A stretch of DNA of 40,000 nt from Halobellus salinus (lineage in GTDB: Archaea > Halobacteriota > Halobacteria > Halobacteriales > Haloferacaceae), in NCBI RefSeq assembly GCF_014646875.1, contig NZ_BMOC01000001.1, positions 309,410 through 349,409 on the forward strand, given 5' to 3'. Under the pieces are notes generated by a model. It ran no database searches and was not told the DNA's origin. It saw only the letters and a program-made list of their open reading frames with translations. Position numbers and translations under genes: made by a program. Shown here in pieces: positions 1-8,542 of this stretch (within the stretch, counting starts at the first letter, position 1; every line of letters begins with the position of its first letter).

Positions 1-360
1 CTCCTGGGAATCGGGGGCGGCGACGACTCCCGTCGGGCGCTGGAGCGGACCGTGTCGCGTGCGGCCGAGGCGGGCGACAACCTGACAGTCGCGGTCGTCG
101 ACGATTCCAGCACCGGGCGCACGGGTGACGAGATCGAAACCGAGATCGACGAGGTGCTCGGGGAGGCGGGAGTCGACGCCGAGGTCAGACACGTCGACGG
201 CGACGCGGGGAGCGAACTGGTCAGGATCGCCGAATCCGAGGGGTTCGACCGGGTCGCACTCGGCGGTGGCACCACGAGTCCAATGGGGAAGATCCAACTG
301 GGCACCACCGCGCAGTTCGTCCTCCTGAACTCCCACGTCACCGTCTCGCTGGTCCGATGA
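1..360 (+). CDS. Universal stress protein (UspA family), 5'-truncated by window edge
   Basis: Frame 1 is open from base 1, so the track Met at 52 is internal. The C-terminal 'RVALGGGTTSPMGKIQLGTTAQFVLLNSHVTVSLV' resembles the USP nucleotide-binding tail. The stop overlaps the next start (ATGA at 357-360). Confidence 0.7.
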   Translation, partial: LLGIGGGDDSRRALERTVSRAAEAGDNLTVAVVDDSSTGRTGDEIETEIDEVLGEAGVDAEVRHVDGDAGSELVRIAESEGFDRVALGGGTTSPMGKIQLGTTAQFVLLNSHVTVSLVR

Positions 361-899
361 ACCCGGACCGAAACTACCCCTCGACGGTCGCCGGGCCGTT
401 CGAGGCGGCACCGTTCGCGTTCGATGACCGCGAGAGCCGGGAGATCGAACTCCGGCCGTACGACGGAAGCGATGGCGAGTTCGAGGCGCTCGTGTCGATG
501 TACGTCGCGTTCGATCCCGCTGACCGCGCACAGGGGATCCCGCCCGGCGACGAGGGTCGGATCCGGACCTGGCTCGACGGTCTCGTAAAGAAAGGAGGGT
601 ACAACGTCGTCGCGTGGCACGGCGGCACGGTGGCGGGCCACGCCACACTGGTCCCGGACGACGACACCTACGAACTCGCCATCTTCGTGCTCCAGGCGTA
701 CCAGGAGTCGGGGATCGGAACCCGGCTGATGCGCGGCCTGCTCGGCTACGGCGCCGAGAACGGCGTCGATCGGGTGTGGCTCAGCGTCGAACGGTGGAAC
801 AAGGCCGCGATCGGGCTCTACGAGAAACTCGGGTTCGAGATCAGCAACTCCGAGAGCTTCGAGATGGAGATGAGCGCACGGATCTCGGCAGAGGATTGA
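357..899 (+). CDS. GNAT family N-acetyltransferase
   Basis: 180 aa. The acetyl-CoA binding-type motif 'LQAYQESGIGTRLMRGLLGYGAENGVDRVWLSVERWNKAAIGLYEKLGFE' is present. ATGA coupling to the upstream USP gene. Confidence 0.85.
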   Translation: MNPDRNYPSTVAGPFEAAPFAFDDRESREIELRPYDGSDGEFEALVSMYVAFDPADRAQGIPPGDEGRIRTWLDGLVKKGGYNVVAWHGGTVAGHATLVPDDDTYELAIFVLQAYQESGIGTRLMRGLLGYGAENGVDRVWLSVERWNKAAIGLYEKLGFEISNSESFEMEMSARISAED

Positions 900-986
900 C
901 CTCCTCCCGCGCCTAAGAGTGCGGGTATTCTCCTTGAGTGTTATAACTGAGCACAACGCGGTGGACGAGACCGGGCATCAACCGAT

Positions 987-1442
987 CTACACTGATAGCA
1001 CGGGCTGACTCGCGTACAGCAGGACGTACTCGGCGGCCTTCGCCAGAACACCGGCGTCGGGCGCGTCGGGCGGCTCACGAGGCACCACCAGGAAGTCGGC
1101 GCCGACGTCGTCTGCGGTGTCGAGCACGACACTCCCGGGGTGTCTGAGCTTCATTCTGGGCGAGAAGCCGTACGCCACCGACGTCGACACCGGGACCGCC
1201 GCGTCGGCGGCGATCTCGCGGGCGGTTTCGACGATCGCCTCCCCGTCGGCGGCCACCCGGTCGTCGTCGACCTCGCCCTCGTTGATCGCGCGGACAACCG
1301 ACTCGTCAAGCACGTGAACGACGTGGAGCGTCGCGTCGTACTCGGCGGCGATGGCGGCGGCCGACACGACCGCGCCGGACGACGCCTCGCTCCGATCAAC
1401 GGGGACGAGCACGAGGTCGACACCGATCGGGCGGCGGGGCAT
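987..1442 (-). CDS. Universal stress protein (UspA family)
   Basis: 'VDLVLVPVDRSEASSGAVVSAAAIAAEYDATLHVVHVLDE' is a typical USP N-terminus. I prefer the ATG at 1442 (MPRRPIG...) over the alternative start at 1469. TAG stop at 987-989 (complement). Confidence 0.8.
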   Translation of the reverse strand: MPRRPIGVDLVLVPVDRSEASSGAVVSAAAIAAEYDATLHVVHVLDESVVRAINEGEVDDDRVAADGEAIVETAREIAADAAVPVSTSVAYGFSPRMKLRHPGSVVLDTADDVGADFLVVPREPPDAPDAGVLAKAAEYVLLYASQPVLSV

Positions 1443-1652
1443 ATCCGTTCTTCCGACGCGGGGCGACAAAAAAGCTCACTTCGCCGGGCATCGGGTGCAC
1501 GCGAAAACCGAGTACTGCGGCCGCCCGAGAGGTGCTCGTGAGGCACGGGCTATCGTAGCGTTTGCAGGTCTGTACTCACTTGATCGCACGTAGTCGTGTG
1601 ATCTGCTGAGCAACCAGTTGCAAACGCTGCGATCCCCGTCGTGATCGCCGTC

Positions 1653-1707
1653 GGCACGCGGGAGGCACGCGGGAGGCACGCGGGAGGCACGCGGGAGGCG
1701 CGCGGGA
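1653..1707. repeat. 11-bp tandem repeat 'ggcacgcggga' x5 (last copy a->g)
   Basis: Read directly: five head-to-tail 11-nt units with no spacers. Intergenic, between divergent USP genes. Confidence 0.9.
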
Positions 1708-1725
1708 GGGTGGTCGCCGGTCCTG

Positions 1726-1805
1726 ATACTGTCGGCTATAACTACGTGAAGATTTTCGACACCCCGGGGTGTCGAAATACGTCACGCGACTATAGCCGAC
1801 AGTAT
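1726..1805. repeat. 80-bp nested palindrome upstream of USP gene
   Basis: The outer arms 'atactgtcggctata' (1726-1740) and 'tatagccgacagtat' (1791-1805) are perfect reverse complements. The inner 24-nt perfect palindrome 'tttcgacaccccggggtgtcgaaa' lies at 1754-1777. Confidence 0.85.
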
Positions 1806-1943
1806 GACCGAGACGACGACGGGCGGGGTCACGCGGCGGTGCCGGGCGCCGGACCGACGCCGCCTCGAGGCGAACCGGGGCCGGACGGGTCCAAGCGGGG
1901 ACCGCCGACGGTATTTATTGTCCCGCCGACCGCACCCCACCGT

Positions 1944-2411
1944 ATGTTCGAGACCATTGTGGTCGCCACCGACGGGTCCGGGAGCGCACGCCGCGCGGTC
2001 GACACGGCGCTCGACCTCGCGGCGCGGTTCGACGCCGCGGTCGAGTGCCTGTACGTCGTCGACGAGGAGGAAGTGTCATCGTCGCCGGAGCGGCTACAGG
2101 ATGAGATGCGGACGGCACTCGAAGAGCGCGGCCAGGAGGCGGTCGCAACCGTCCGGGCGGCTGCCGACCGCGAGGTACGGACCGAGATCCGGGCGGGGCG
2201 GCCGGCGTCGGTCATCGACGGCTACGCCCGGGAGGTCAACGCGGATGTGGTTGCGATGGGAACCCGCGGCCGCCACGGCGAGAACCGGTTTCTGGTAGGG
2301 TCGGTGGCCGAGCGCGTGGTCCGGACCTGTCCCGTTCCGGTGTTGACCGTCCGCCAACTCGCCGCCGACGAAAACACCGAGGCCCCGGTTGCGGCGCCGG
2401 GCGGGGAGTGA
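1944..2411 (+). CDS. Universal stress protein (UspA family)
   Basis: Starting at the ATG at 1944: 'MFETIVVATDGSGSARRAVDTALDLA...' and the canonical C-terminal 'VAMGTRGRHGENRFLVGSVAERVVRTCPVPVLTV'. The upstream part of track ORF 1641-2411 translates the repeat/palindrome and is not credible coding. Confidence 0.85.
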   Translation: MFETIVVATDGSGSARRAVDTALDLAARFDAAVECLYVVDEEEVSSSPERLQDEMRTALEERGQEAVATVRAAADREVRTEIRAGRPASVIDGYAREVNADVVAMGTRGRHGENRFLVGSVAERVVRTCPVPVLTVRQLAADENTEAPVAAPGGE

Positions 2412-2601
2412 GCGGGGCGTGCCCACGGCGCGGACCGGAGTCCCGCGGTCCCAACGGCTCCGGTTCCGGCAGTTCACACGTGTCGCCTGCGCGCACGTCG
2501 CCGCCCAGGAACCCGGTTCTGTGGAGTGAAGCGGGCCCGGCGGGCCGATGCCGACGCGCCGCAGTCGCGGATTTATTGCCCCGGCCGCGCACCGTCGTGG
2601 T

Positions 2602-3846
2602 ATGGACATCGACCGGGAGCGACTCCGGGAGGACATTGAGGCGAACGCGGCGTTCGGCGCGGTCGACGCCGAGGACGGTCGGGGGCGGACCCTCCTGACG
2701 GGGAGCGACGCCGACCGACGGGCGAGAGAACGGTTCGTCGACCGCCTCGGCGACGCCGGCCTCGACGTGCGAGTCGATGCCGTCGGCAACATCGCGGGCC
2801 GGTGGGCGCCCCCCGAATGCGACCCCGGTGCCGCGCCCGTGGCGTTCGGCAGCCACCTCGACTCGGTCCCCCGCGGCGGGATCTTCGACGGGCCGCTCGG
2901 GACATACGCGGCGCTCGAGGGGGTGCGCGCCATGCAGGACGCCGGCGTCACCCCCGACCGCCCGGTCGAGGTCGTGTCGTTCACCGAGGAGGAGGGTGCC
3001 CGGTTCGGGATCGGCACGCTGGGGTCGTCGGTGGCGGGGGGGCACCGCGACGCGGCCGACGCGCTCGGACTCGTCGACGACGAGGACGTCACTCTCCGGG
3101 AACGCCTCGACGCGATCGGGTTCTGTGGCGACGACGCGATCACTCCCGGAGCGTGGGACGCGTGGGTGGAACTCCACATCGAGCAGGGAACCCGGTTGAC
3201 TGAGGCGGGCGCGGGCGTCGGAGTGGTCGAGGCGATCACCGGCATCACCAACTGCGAGGTCGAGATCGCGGGCGAGGCCGACCACGCGGGGTCGACGCCG
3301 ATGTACGAGCGGACCGACGCCCTGACCGCGGGCGCCGAGTTCGTACTCGACGTCGAGCGCGCCGCCGAGGAGGTCGCCACGGACCGGGAGTCGGCGGTCG
3401 CGACCGTCGGACAGGGCACCATCGAACCGAACGCCCGGAACATCGTCCCCGGCGCGGTCCGGTATCAGTTGGACCTCCGCGACACCGACTCGGAGACGAT
3501 GGACCGGTTGGTCGACCGGTGTCGGTCCAGTCTGGCGCGGCTGGAACGGACCAACGGTGTCGACACCGGCCTCGACCGGTACCGGACCAACCCGCCGACA
3601 CCGATGGCCGAGCGGTGTCTCGCGGCCGCCGACAACGCGGCCGCGACCCGCGGCACCGACGCGATCCGGCTCCACTCCGCGGCGGTCCACGACACCGCGA
3701 ACCTGGCGGCGGCGACCGACGTGGGGCTGCTGTTCGCGCCGTCGGTCGACGGCGCCTCCCACTCGCCCCGGGAGTGGACCGACTGGGACGACTGCGCGGC
3801 GGCGGCGGGCGTACTCGCCGAGACCGTCAGGGCGCTTGCGGAGTGA
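2602..3846 (+). CDS. M20-family Zn-dependent amidohydrolase (hydantoinase/carbamoylase or allantoate amidohydrolase type)
   Basis: 'AFGSHLDSVPRGGIFDGPLG', 'VVSFTEEEGARFG' and 'GEADHAGSTPM' match the motifs of the N-carbamoyl-amino-acid/allantoate amidohydrolase group. ATG at 2602 (MDIDRERL...). Confidence 0.85.
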   Translation: MDIDRERLREDIEANAAFGAVDAEDGRGRTLLTGSDADRRARERFVDRLGDAGLDVRVDAVGNIAGRWAPPECDPGAAPVAFGSHLDSVPRGGIFDGPLGTYAALEGVRAMQDAGVTPDRPVEVVSFTEEEGARFGIGTLGSSVAGGHRDAADALGLVDDEDVTLRERLDAIGFCGDDAITPGAWDAWVELHIEQGTRLTEAGAGVGVVEAITGITNCEVEIAGEADHAGSTPMYERTDALTAGAEFVLDVERAAEEVATDRESAVATVGQGTIEPNARNIVPGAVRYQLDLRDTDSETMDRLVDRCRSSLARLERTNGVDTGLDRYRTNPPTPMAERCLAAADNAAATRGTDAIRLHSAAVHDTANLAAATDVGLLFAPSVDGASHSPREWTDWDDCAAAAGVLAETVRALAE

Positions 3847-3908
3847 GTTGGGGCGTCCCACCGCTCGGAGGGTCCGGCTTTTTGTGAGGGGTCGGCGAAA
3901 CGGGGGGT

Positions 3909-4352
3909 ATGCCCCGGTACGCGATCAACCCACCCGAACTCAAGGACGCCCGCGGGATCGGGTACAACCACGCAATCGTCGAGGGCGGGCGGTTCTATAT
4001 GGCCGGACAGGTCGCTATGGACGCCGACTCGAACGTGGTCGGCGACGACATCGAGACGCAGGCGCGGAAGGCCTACGAGAACGCCGGGACCTTGCTCGAC
4101 GCTGTGGGGAAGGGGTTCGGCGACGTAGCGAAGGTCACCACACACATCGTGGATCCAGCCGAGCACTACTACGACGGGTACAAACGGGTCTACTGGGAGA
4201 CGTTCGACGAACCGTACCCGTGTCACACCGTGCTCGGCCACGACCAGTTGGCCAACGAGGACTACCTCGTGGAGGTCGAAGTCGAGGTGCCGCTGTCCGA
4301 GGCCGATGTCGACGCGATCGAACCCGACGGCGACGTGATACGGGCGGTGTAG
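3909..4352 (+). CDS. RidA/YjgF family (reactive intermediate deaminase-like) protein
   Basis: 147 aa. 'GRFYMAGQVAMDADSNVVGDDIETQARKAYENAGTLLDAVG...VAKVTTHI' is the typical RidA/L-PSP pattern. Confidence 0.85.
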   Translation: MPRYAINPPELKDARGIGYNHAIVEGGRFYMAGQVAMDADSNVVGDDIETQARKAYENAGTLLDAVGKGFGDVAKVTTHIVDPAEHYYDGYKRVYWETFDEPYPCHTVLGHDQLANEDYLVEVEVEVPLSEADVDAIEPDGDVIRAV

Positions 4353-4405
4353 CCTCGTCGCCCCCAACCGCGCCGGTTTTCACCCCGGCGGCCGTCGGAC
4401 GCGCT

Positions 4406-5647
4406 ATGAACGACGAACTCATCGACAGCGGGCGACTCTCGCTCACGCGAAAGTCCCAACTCCCCGGAACGGGGTTCTTCTATCCGGACTCCCTCGACGA
4501 GTCCCGAACCGAAGAACGGGTCGCCGAAGCGGTCGACGGCGCGGAGGCTGTGGTCGTTGCCGACACCGACGCCGACGGGTTGGGGTGTGTGGCGCTGCTT
4601 CGGGAGGTCTACGACGCGACGCTGTCGTGGGCGTCGTTCGCGGACGACGTCTCCGACCGGGTCGACCGGTGGGACGAGCCGGCCGGCGGCGCCGACGACG
4701 AAACCGAAGGCGAGGAGGAGGGAGCCGAGCACCCCCGATCGACGGTCGCGTTGGTCGGCGCCGGCCCATACTCCCTGGATGAGTCCCTACGGAACGTCGT
4801 CGAGTACGCGCCCGGGGGGATCGACCTCTACGTGTGTGACCTGTGTCCCGACGAGTACGACTGGATCGCCGACGAACTCGCCGCCGCGGTCGACCTCGCG
4901 GCGTCGGTTGCGTGGTACGACCACCACCAGTGGGACGCGGAGACGGCCGACTCAGTCCGCGACGCCGGCGTCGACCTCGAGGTCGGCGAATCCGACGAGG
5001 AGTGTTCGACCGACGTGACGCTCCGGTCGCTCGACTACGACTTCGACGAGCAATGGACCGAACTCGCCGCGGTCACCCGGGATCACGACCTCTGGGAGAA
5101 GGAGGACCCACGAAGCGACGACCTCGCGGATTACGCCTACTGGACGGATCCCGAGGAGTACGTGACGGTGGTGGGGACATTCGGCGTCGACCTCCCCGAC
5201 GTCGTCGCGGAGTATATCGACCGCCGGCGGGTCGAGAAGGAGAACCTGATCGACGCGGCGGTGTCGCGGGCGGAACTCAGGGAAGTCGGCCCCTGGACGG
5301 TGGGCGTGGCCTACGGCCGGTGTTCACAGAACGAGGTCGCGGAGGCGTTGCGAGAACAGGGCGCCGACGCGGCGGTCGTGGTCAAGCCCGCAGGCAGCGC
5401 GAGCATCCGGGGGTCCGAGACCTTCGAGCGCGCCCACGAGGTCGCGGGGCGTGTCAACGGCGGCGGCCACCCCCGCGCTGCGGGGTGTAAACCCGACATC
5501 TACGACGACATGCTCGATTACGCCAACCACTGGACCACGAGCGGGGCGACAACGAAGCGGGTGATCCTCCGGGCGTTCGAGGCGGTTGCCGAGGAGGTCG
5601 AAGCGGCGGCGGCCGACGGCGGGGACGCTGACGCCGGCGACGAGTAG
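4406..5647 (+). CDS. DHH/DHHA1 family phosphoesterase (RecJ-like)
   Basis: From the ATG at 4406: 'VVVADTDADGLGC' (DHH motifs I/II), 'WYDHHQW' (DHH motif III) and 'VNGGGHPRAAG' (DHHA1 GGGH). The 5' 283 codons of track ORF 3557-5647 are Arg/Pro-rich shadow frame overlapping other genes. Confidence 0.8.
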   Translation: MNDELIDSGRLSLTRKSQLPGTGFFYPDSLDESRTEERVAEAVDGAEAVVVADTDADGLGCVALLREVYDATLSWASFADDVSDRVDRWDEPAGGADDETEGEEEGAEHPRSTVALVGAGPYSLDESLRNVVEYAPGGIDLYVCDLCPDEYDWIADELAAAVDLAASVAWYDHHQWDAETADSVRDAGVDLEVGESDEECSTDVTLRSLDYDFDEQWTELAAVTRDHDLWEKEDPRSDDLADYAYWTDPEEYVTVVGTFGVDLPDVVAEYIDRRRVEKENLIDAAVSRAELREVGPWTVGVAYGRCSQNEVAEALREQGADAAVVVKPAGSASIRGSETFERAHEVAGRVNGGGHPRAAGCKPDIYDDMLDYANHWTTSGATTKRVILRAFEAVAEEVEAAAADGGDADAGDE

Positions 5648-5690
5648 CGGGGTGTTCGGACGCCCGCTGGGCGTCTTCGGGCGCCCGACC

Positions 5691-6035
5691 TCACTCGCCG
5701 CCCGACACCCGCCGCGGCAGCACCTGTCCCCAGACGTACTTGTCGAGGAGTTTGACCGTCAGCGGTTCATCGACCGTGATCTGACACGAGAGCCGAGGGT
5801 ACCCGAACCGGACGGCGGCGGCGTCGTGCCAGTGTGTCGGCTCCGGCGCGGGGTCAACCTCGACGGTACAGGTGGCACACACCCCCCGGCCCCCGCAGTT
5901 GGCGTGGCGGGAGACCGTCCCGTAGACCGGAAAGTCGTGGGCCAAGAGCGCGTCTCTGAGGGTTTGGCCCCGCTCGACCGCGATTGTCTCCTCGCCGTCG
6001 CCGGTGCGGACTGTGACATCGACCGTCTTGTTCAT
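5691..6035 (-). CDS. Small (2Fe-2S) ferredoxin-like protein
   Basis: 114 aa. Cys cluster 'NCGGRGVCATC' (C-x5-C-x2-C) plus the distal 'RLSCQ'. Confidence 0.8.
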   Translation of the reverse strand: MNKTVDVTVRTGDGEETIAVERGQTLRDALLAHDFPVYGTVSRHANCGGRGVCATCTVEVDPAPEPTHWHDAAAVRFGYPRLSCQITVDEPLTVKLLDKYVWGQVLPRRVSGGE

Positions 6036-6067
6036 ACCTCGCGTCGGGTCGCGTCGGACGTGAGTCT

Positions 6068-6159
6068 GCCGGCAGTCGCGCCGCGCTCGTGTCGGCAGTC
6101 GCAGCGGGTTCGTGTCGGCAGTCGCGCCGCGCTCGTGTCGGCAGTCGCGGCGGGTTCGC
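6068..6159. repeat. 23-bp tandem repeat x4 (A/B/A/B pattern = 46 bp x2)
   Basis: Units are 'tgccggcagtcgcgccgcgctcg', 'tgtcggcagtcgcagcgggttcg', 'tgtcggcagtcgcgccgcgctcg' and 'tgtcggcagtcgcggcgggttcg'. The array starts 33 bp upstream of the ferredoxin start codon. Confidence 0.9.
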
Positions 6160-6164
6160 CAGCG

Positions 6165-6650
6165 TTACTCGGTCGCTTCGACCGGCTCGGACCCGCCCGG
6201 CTGGACGCCGGTCTCGGTCTCCTCGCCGACGACCCACTTGTCTGAGTAGCTTGCGCTGCAGGCGCAGTGGGCGTAGGCGTGGATCACGTCGCCGCGGGCG
6301 TAGAGGCCGCCGACCTCGTCGTTGCGCTCCTCCGAGAACGCGAACACGAACTCGACCTCGTGGGACGCCTCGGCGTCGGTCTCCCGTTGCGGGCACTCGC
6401 CGCCGTCAAGGTCCCGCGAGATGTGGCCGCGGGTCTCCATCGCGCCGCGGGCGAACTCCATCGCCTCCATCCCCGTGCCCGCGGCGAACGCCCGCCGGCC
6501 GTCGTCACCTGGGACGACGAGCACGTACCCCGAGTCGACGGTCTCGCCCATCTTCGGAAGCTTCCCCTCGCTGTCGAGGTACGACTCGGTGAGAAACAGC
6601 GCGACATCGTCGTGGCGCTCGCCGTCGAGGAACGTGGAGCGGTTGCTCAT
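6165..6650 (-). CDS. Conserved hypothetical acidic protein
   Basis: 161-aa ORF with haloarchaeal acidic composition and no shadow-frame bias. No family motif recognised. Confidence 0.6.
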   Translation of the reverse strand: MSNRSTFLDGERHDDVALFLTESYLDSEGKLPKMGETVDSGYVLVVPGDDGRRAFAAGTGMEAMEFARGAMETRGHISRDLDGGECPQRETDAEASHEVEFVFAFSEERNDEVGGLYARGDVIHAYAHCACSASYSDKWVVGEETETGVQPGGSEPVEATE

Positions 6651-6716
6651 ACGGTCACGAGACCACGAAGCGTCAAAAGCCGCGTGATACGGACTGTCGG
6701 GACGAGTTACCTGGTG

Positions 6717-6872
6717 TCAGTGTCTGGTTGCGCGAGCCTCACGGACGTCGGCGCCGTCGCGAACCTTGTCCTCGCAGTTGGGGCAGACCCGCGGGCTGTC
6801 CATGCCGTTCGGGGCGAACACCCGGACGTACTCCCTTGTGACGAACGAACCACAGTTCTCACACGTCGGCAT
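6717..6872 (-). CDS. Small CPxCG-related zinc-finger protein (51 aa), absent from ORF track
   Basis: Manual translation of the minus strand gives MPTCENCGSFVTREYVRVFAPNGMDSPRVCPNCEDKVRDGADVREARATRH*. There are two CxxC pairs (C4/C7 and C30/C33), an ATG start and a TGA stop. This is the pattern of the abundant haloarchaeal small zinc-finger proteins. Confidence 0.65.
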   Translation of the reverse strand: MPTCENCGSFVTREYVRVFAPNGMDSPRVCPNCEDKVRDGADVREARATRH

Positions 6873-7223
6873 TAACCGGCGTTTTGGAATCAATCGAAAT
6901 AATAGTTCGGGACTGTCCGACGGTACTGTTCAGGTGAACGCGACTCGTCCGACACGTTCCACACCGGATCGGAATCGCGGGAGGTGCCAGACGCCGCGAC
7001 TCCCGTCGGTGATTAGCCCCATCACATCCCGCCGCCGGTGTCTTGGGCGAGGGCGGGGTCGAACGGGATGTCTGCGGGTTCGTCGTCGGGGGTGACACGC
7101 CGAACCGGACGACCACGGACGAGGCACGGTCGACGGAACTGCTAATCGACCCTGCGTAGGCGTTCGGGGGCTGGCTACCCCTCGTAGCCCGCGTCCTCCA
7201 TCAGCAGTGCGAAGGCGTCCGTA

Positions 7224-7733
7224 TCACTCCCGGCGGAGCAGCGCAACGAGGGTCGCGATCAGCCCGAGTTCGCTCGCCATCGACGCCGCCGCCCACGGGT
7301 CGCTGGTGAGGTGGCGGACGACGTTCGCGACGGGCGCGACACCGTGGAGCAGCGGCTCCCGGCCGGGGAGGAAGCCGCCGTGGCCGGTCAGGTGCCACGC
7401 GAGGTACCCCACCACGTACGTGAGCGCCACCACGATCCCCGCGACGTAGTAGGGCCGTCGGTTCGGGGCGTTGCGGCTGAGCGAGACGCCGACCAGGAGC
7501 GCCGTCGCCGACACCACGAACGCGGCAGGTCGTGGATCGAACACGAGCACCCGGGGGTTGGCGTAGAGCAACGCGAACAGTTCGAGCAGGCCGTGATTCG
7601 GGTCCAGGAGGTGCAACAGGGCGACGAGGGTTGCGAGCGCGGCGCCGAGATACCGGAGTCGTCGCGTGGTGAGTGTGGCTGCGCCGCCGTCGAGGGAGTC
7701 ACGCGCCGTGGCCGAAGAGTCGTCGGCGGACAT
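7224..7733 (-). CDS. Hypothetical integral membrane protein (about 4 TM)
   Basis: 169 aa with several hydrophobic helices ('YLGAALATLVALLHLL', 'AAFVVSATALLVGVSL', 'YYVAGIVVALTYVVGYLAW', 'LGLIATLVALL'). Confidence 0.6.
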   Translation of the reverse strand: MSADDSSATARDSLDGGAATLTTRRLRYLGAALATLVALLHLLDPNHGLLELFALLYANPRVLVFDPRPAAFVVSATALLVGVSLSRNAPNRRPYYVAGIVVALTYVVGYLAWHLTGHGGFLPGREPLLHGVAPVANVVRHLTSDPWAAASMASELGLIATLVALLRRE

Positions 7734-7887
7734 CTACGGATTGGTCGGTGGCCGCGAGTATTCAATCTTCGGCGGATGCCCGCGGTCGTGGTTAGGTACT
7801 AGACAGCCGGCCGGAAAGCCGCCCCCGGCGGGAGTCCCGCTCGTTCCACCCGCTGGACTCCCGCTCAGCCGCGGTTCGAACTCCTTT

Positions 7888-7905
7888 TGACTGACCGGAC
7901 AGTCA
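7888..7905. promoter_or_regulatory. Candidate TetR operator palindrome
   Basis: 'tgactgaccggacagtca' is an 18-nt palindrome with one mismatched pair. It ends 17 nt upstream of the TetR GTG start. Confidence 0.4.
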
Positions 7906-7921
7906 GTTTGAGGCACACACT

Positions 7922-8542
7922 GTGACCGACGCACCGACCGAGATCCTGGACGCCACCCACTGCGCGCTCCGCGAGCACGGCTACGCGGAGGTGACGATGC
8001 GGGACATCGCCGACAAGACCGACCTGAGCAAGGCCGCCCTCCACTACCACTACGACTGCAAGCACGACCTGCTCGTGGCGTTTCTGGATCACCTCTACGA
8101 CCGATTCGAGGCGCGGATCGGCGACCCCGACGGCGATTCCCCGGCCGAGCGTCTCCACTCCCTGGTCGATGCGCTCCTCACCGAAGGCTCTGAAAATCCG
8201 GCGTTCCGGACCGCCCTCCTCGAGATCAAGGCGCAGGCGCCGTACGACGACGCGTTCCGCGACCGACTCCGGCGGTTCGACAACGCCTTTTCATCGAGGG
8301 TCCGGACCCTCGTCGCAGACGGCGTCGCCCGCGGGACGTTCCGTGACGACGTCGACCCCGACACCGTGGCGTCGGCGCTCACCACGTTCGTGAACGGCGC
8401 ACAGACCCGCCACGTCGGGGTCGGCCACCCGCCGGCGCAGTCGGCGACGACGCTCCACACCTACATCGACACCGCGTTGCGGCCGCGGGACGAACCGGGT
8501 GACGGGAGCGACACAGACGACGCCGGGAGCGCGTCCGGATGA
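7922..8542 (+). CDS. TetR/AcrR family transcriptional regulator
   Basis: The N-terminal HTH 'ILDATHCALREHGYAEVTMRDIADKTDLSKAALHYHYDCKHDLL' is the TetR signature. GTG start. The stop overlaps the MATE start (ATGA at 8539-8542). Confidence 0.85.
   Translation: MTDAPTEILDATHCALREHGYAEVTMRDIADKTDLSKAALHYHYDCKHDLLVAFLDHLYDRFEARIGDPDGDSPAERLHSLVDALLTEGSENPAFRTALLEIKAQAPYDDAFRDRLRRFDNAFSSRVRTLVADGVARGTFRDDVDPDTVASALTTFVNGAQTRHVGVGHPPAQSATTLHTYIDTALRPRDEPGDGSDTDDAGSASG

Noticed and set aside
1653-1707. Possible CRISPR array (also considered for 6068-6159)
   Set aside because: The units are directly adjacent with no unique spacers. The repeats are only 11 or 23 bp, and no cas genes are in the window. 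These are simple tandem repeats.
2094-3861. Long minus-strand ORFs (449 aa and 541 aa) antisense to the amidohydrolase gene
   Set aside because: They are extremely Arg/Pro/Ser/Gly-rich with no motifs. They are fully overlapped by a plus-strand frame that has clear M20 amidohydrolase motifs and acidic composition. This is a typical high-GC shadow ORF.
3557-4405. 5' 283 codons of the 696-aa track ORF
   Set aside because: This stretch is Arg/Pro/Thr-rich nonsense that overlaps the amidohydrolase 3' end and the whole RidA gene. The DHH protein begins convincingly at the ATG at 4406.
6873-7223. 350-bp gap with short ORFs (65-109 aa in the track)
   Set aside because: All candidate frames are Arg/Pro-rich with no start or stop context or motifs. 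I left it as intergenic and recognised no RNA gene.
7871-7885. 'gcggttcgaactcc' resembling a tRNA T-loop
   Set aside because: The flanks cannot form a T-stem, acceptor stem or anticodon arm on either strand.
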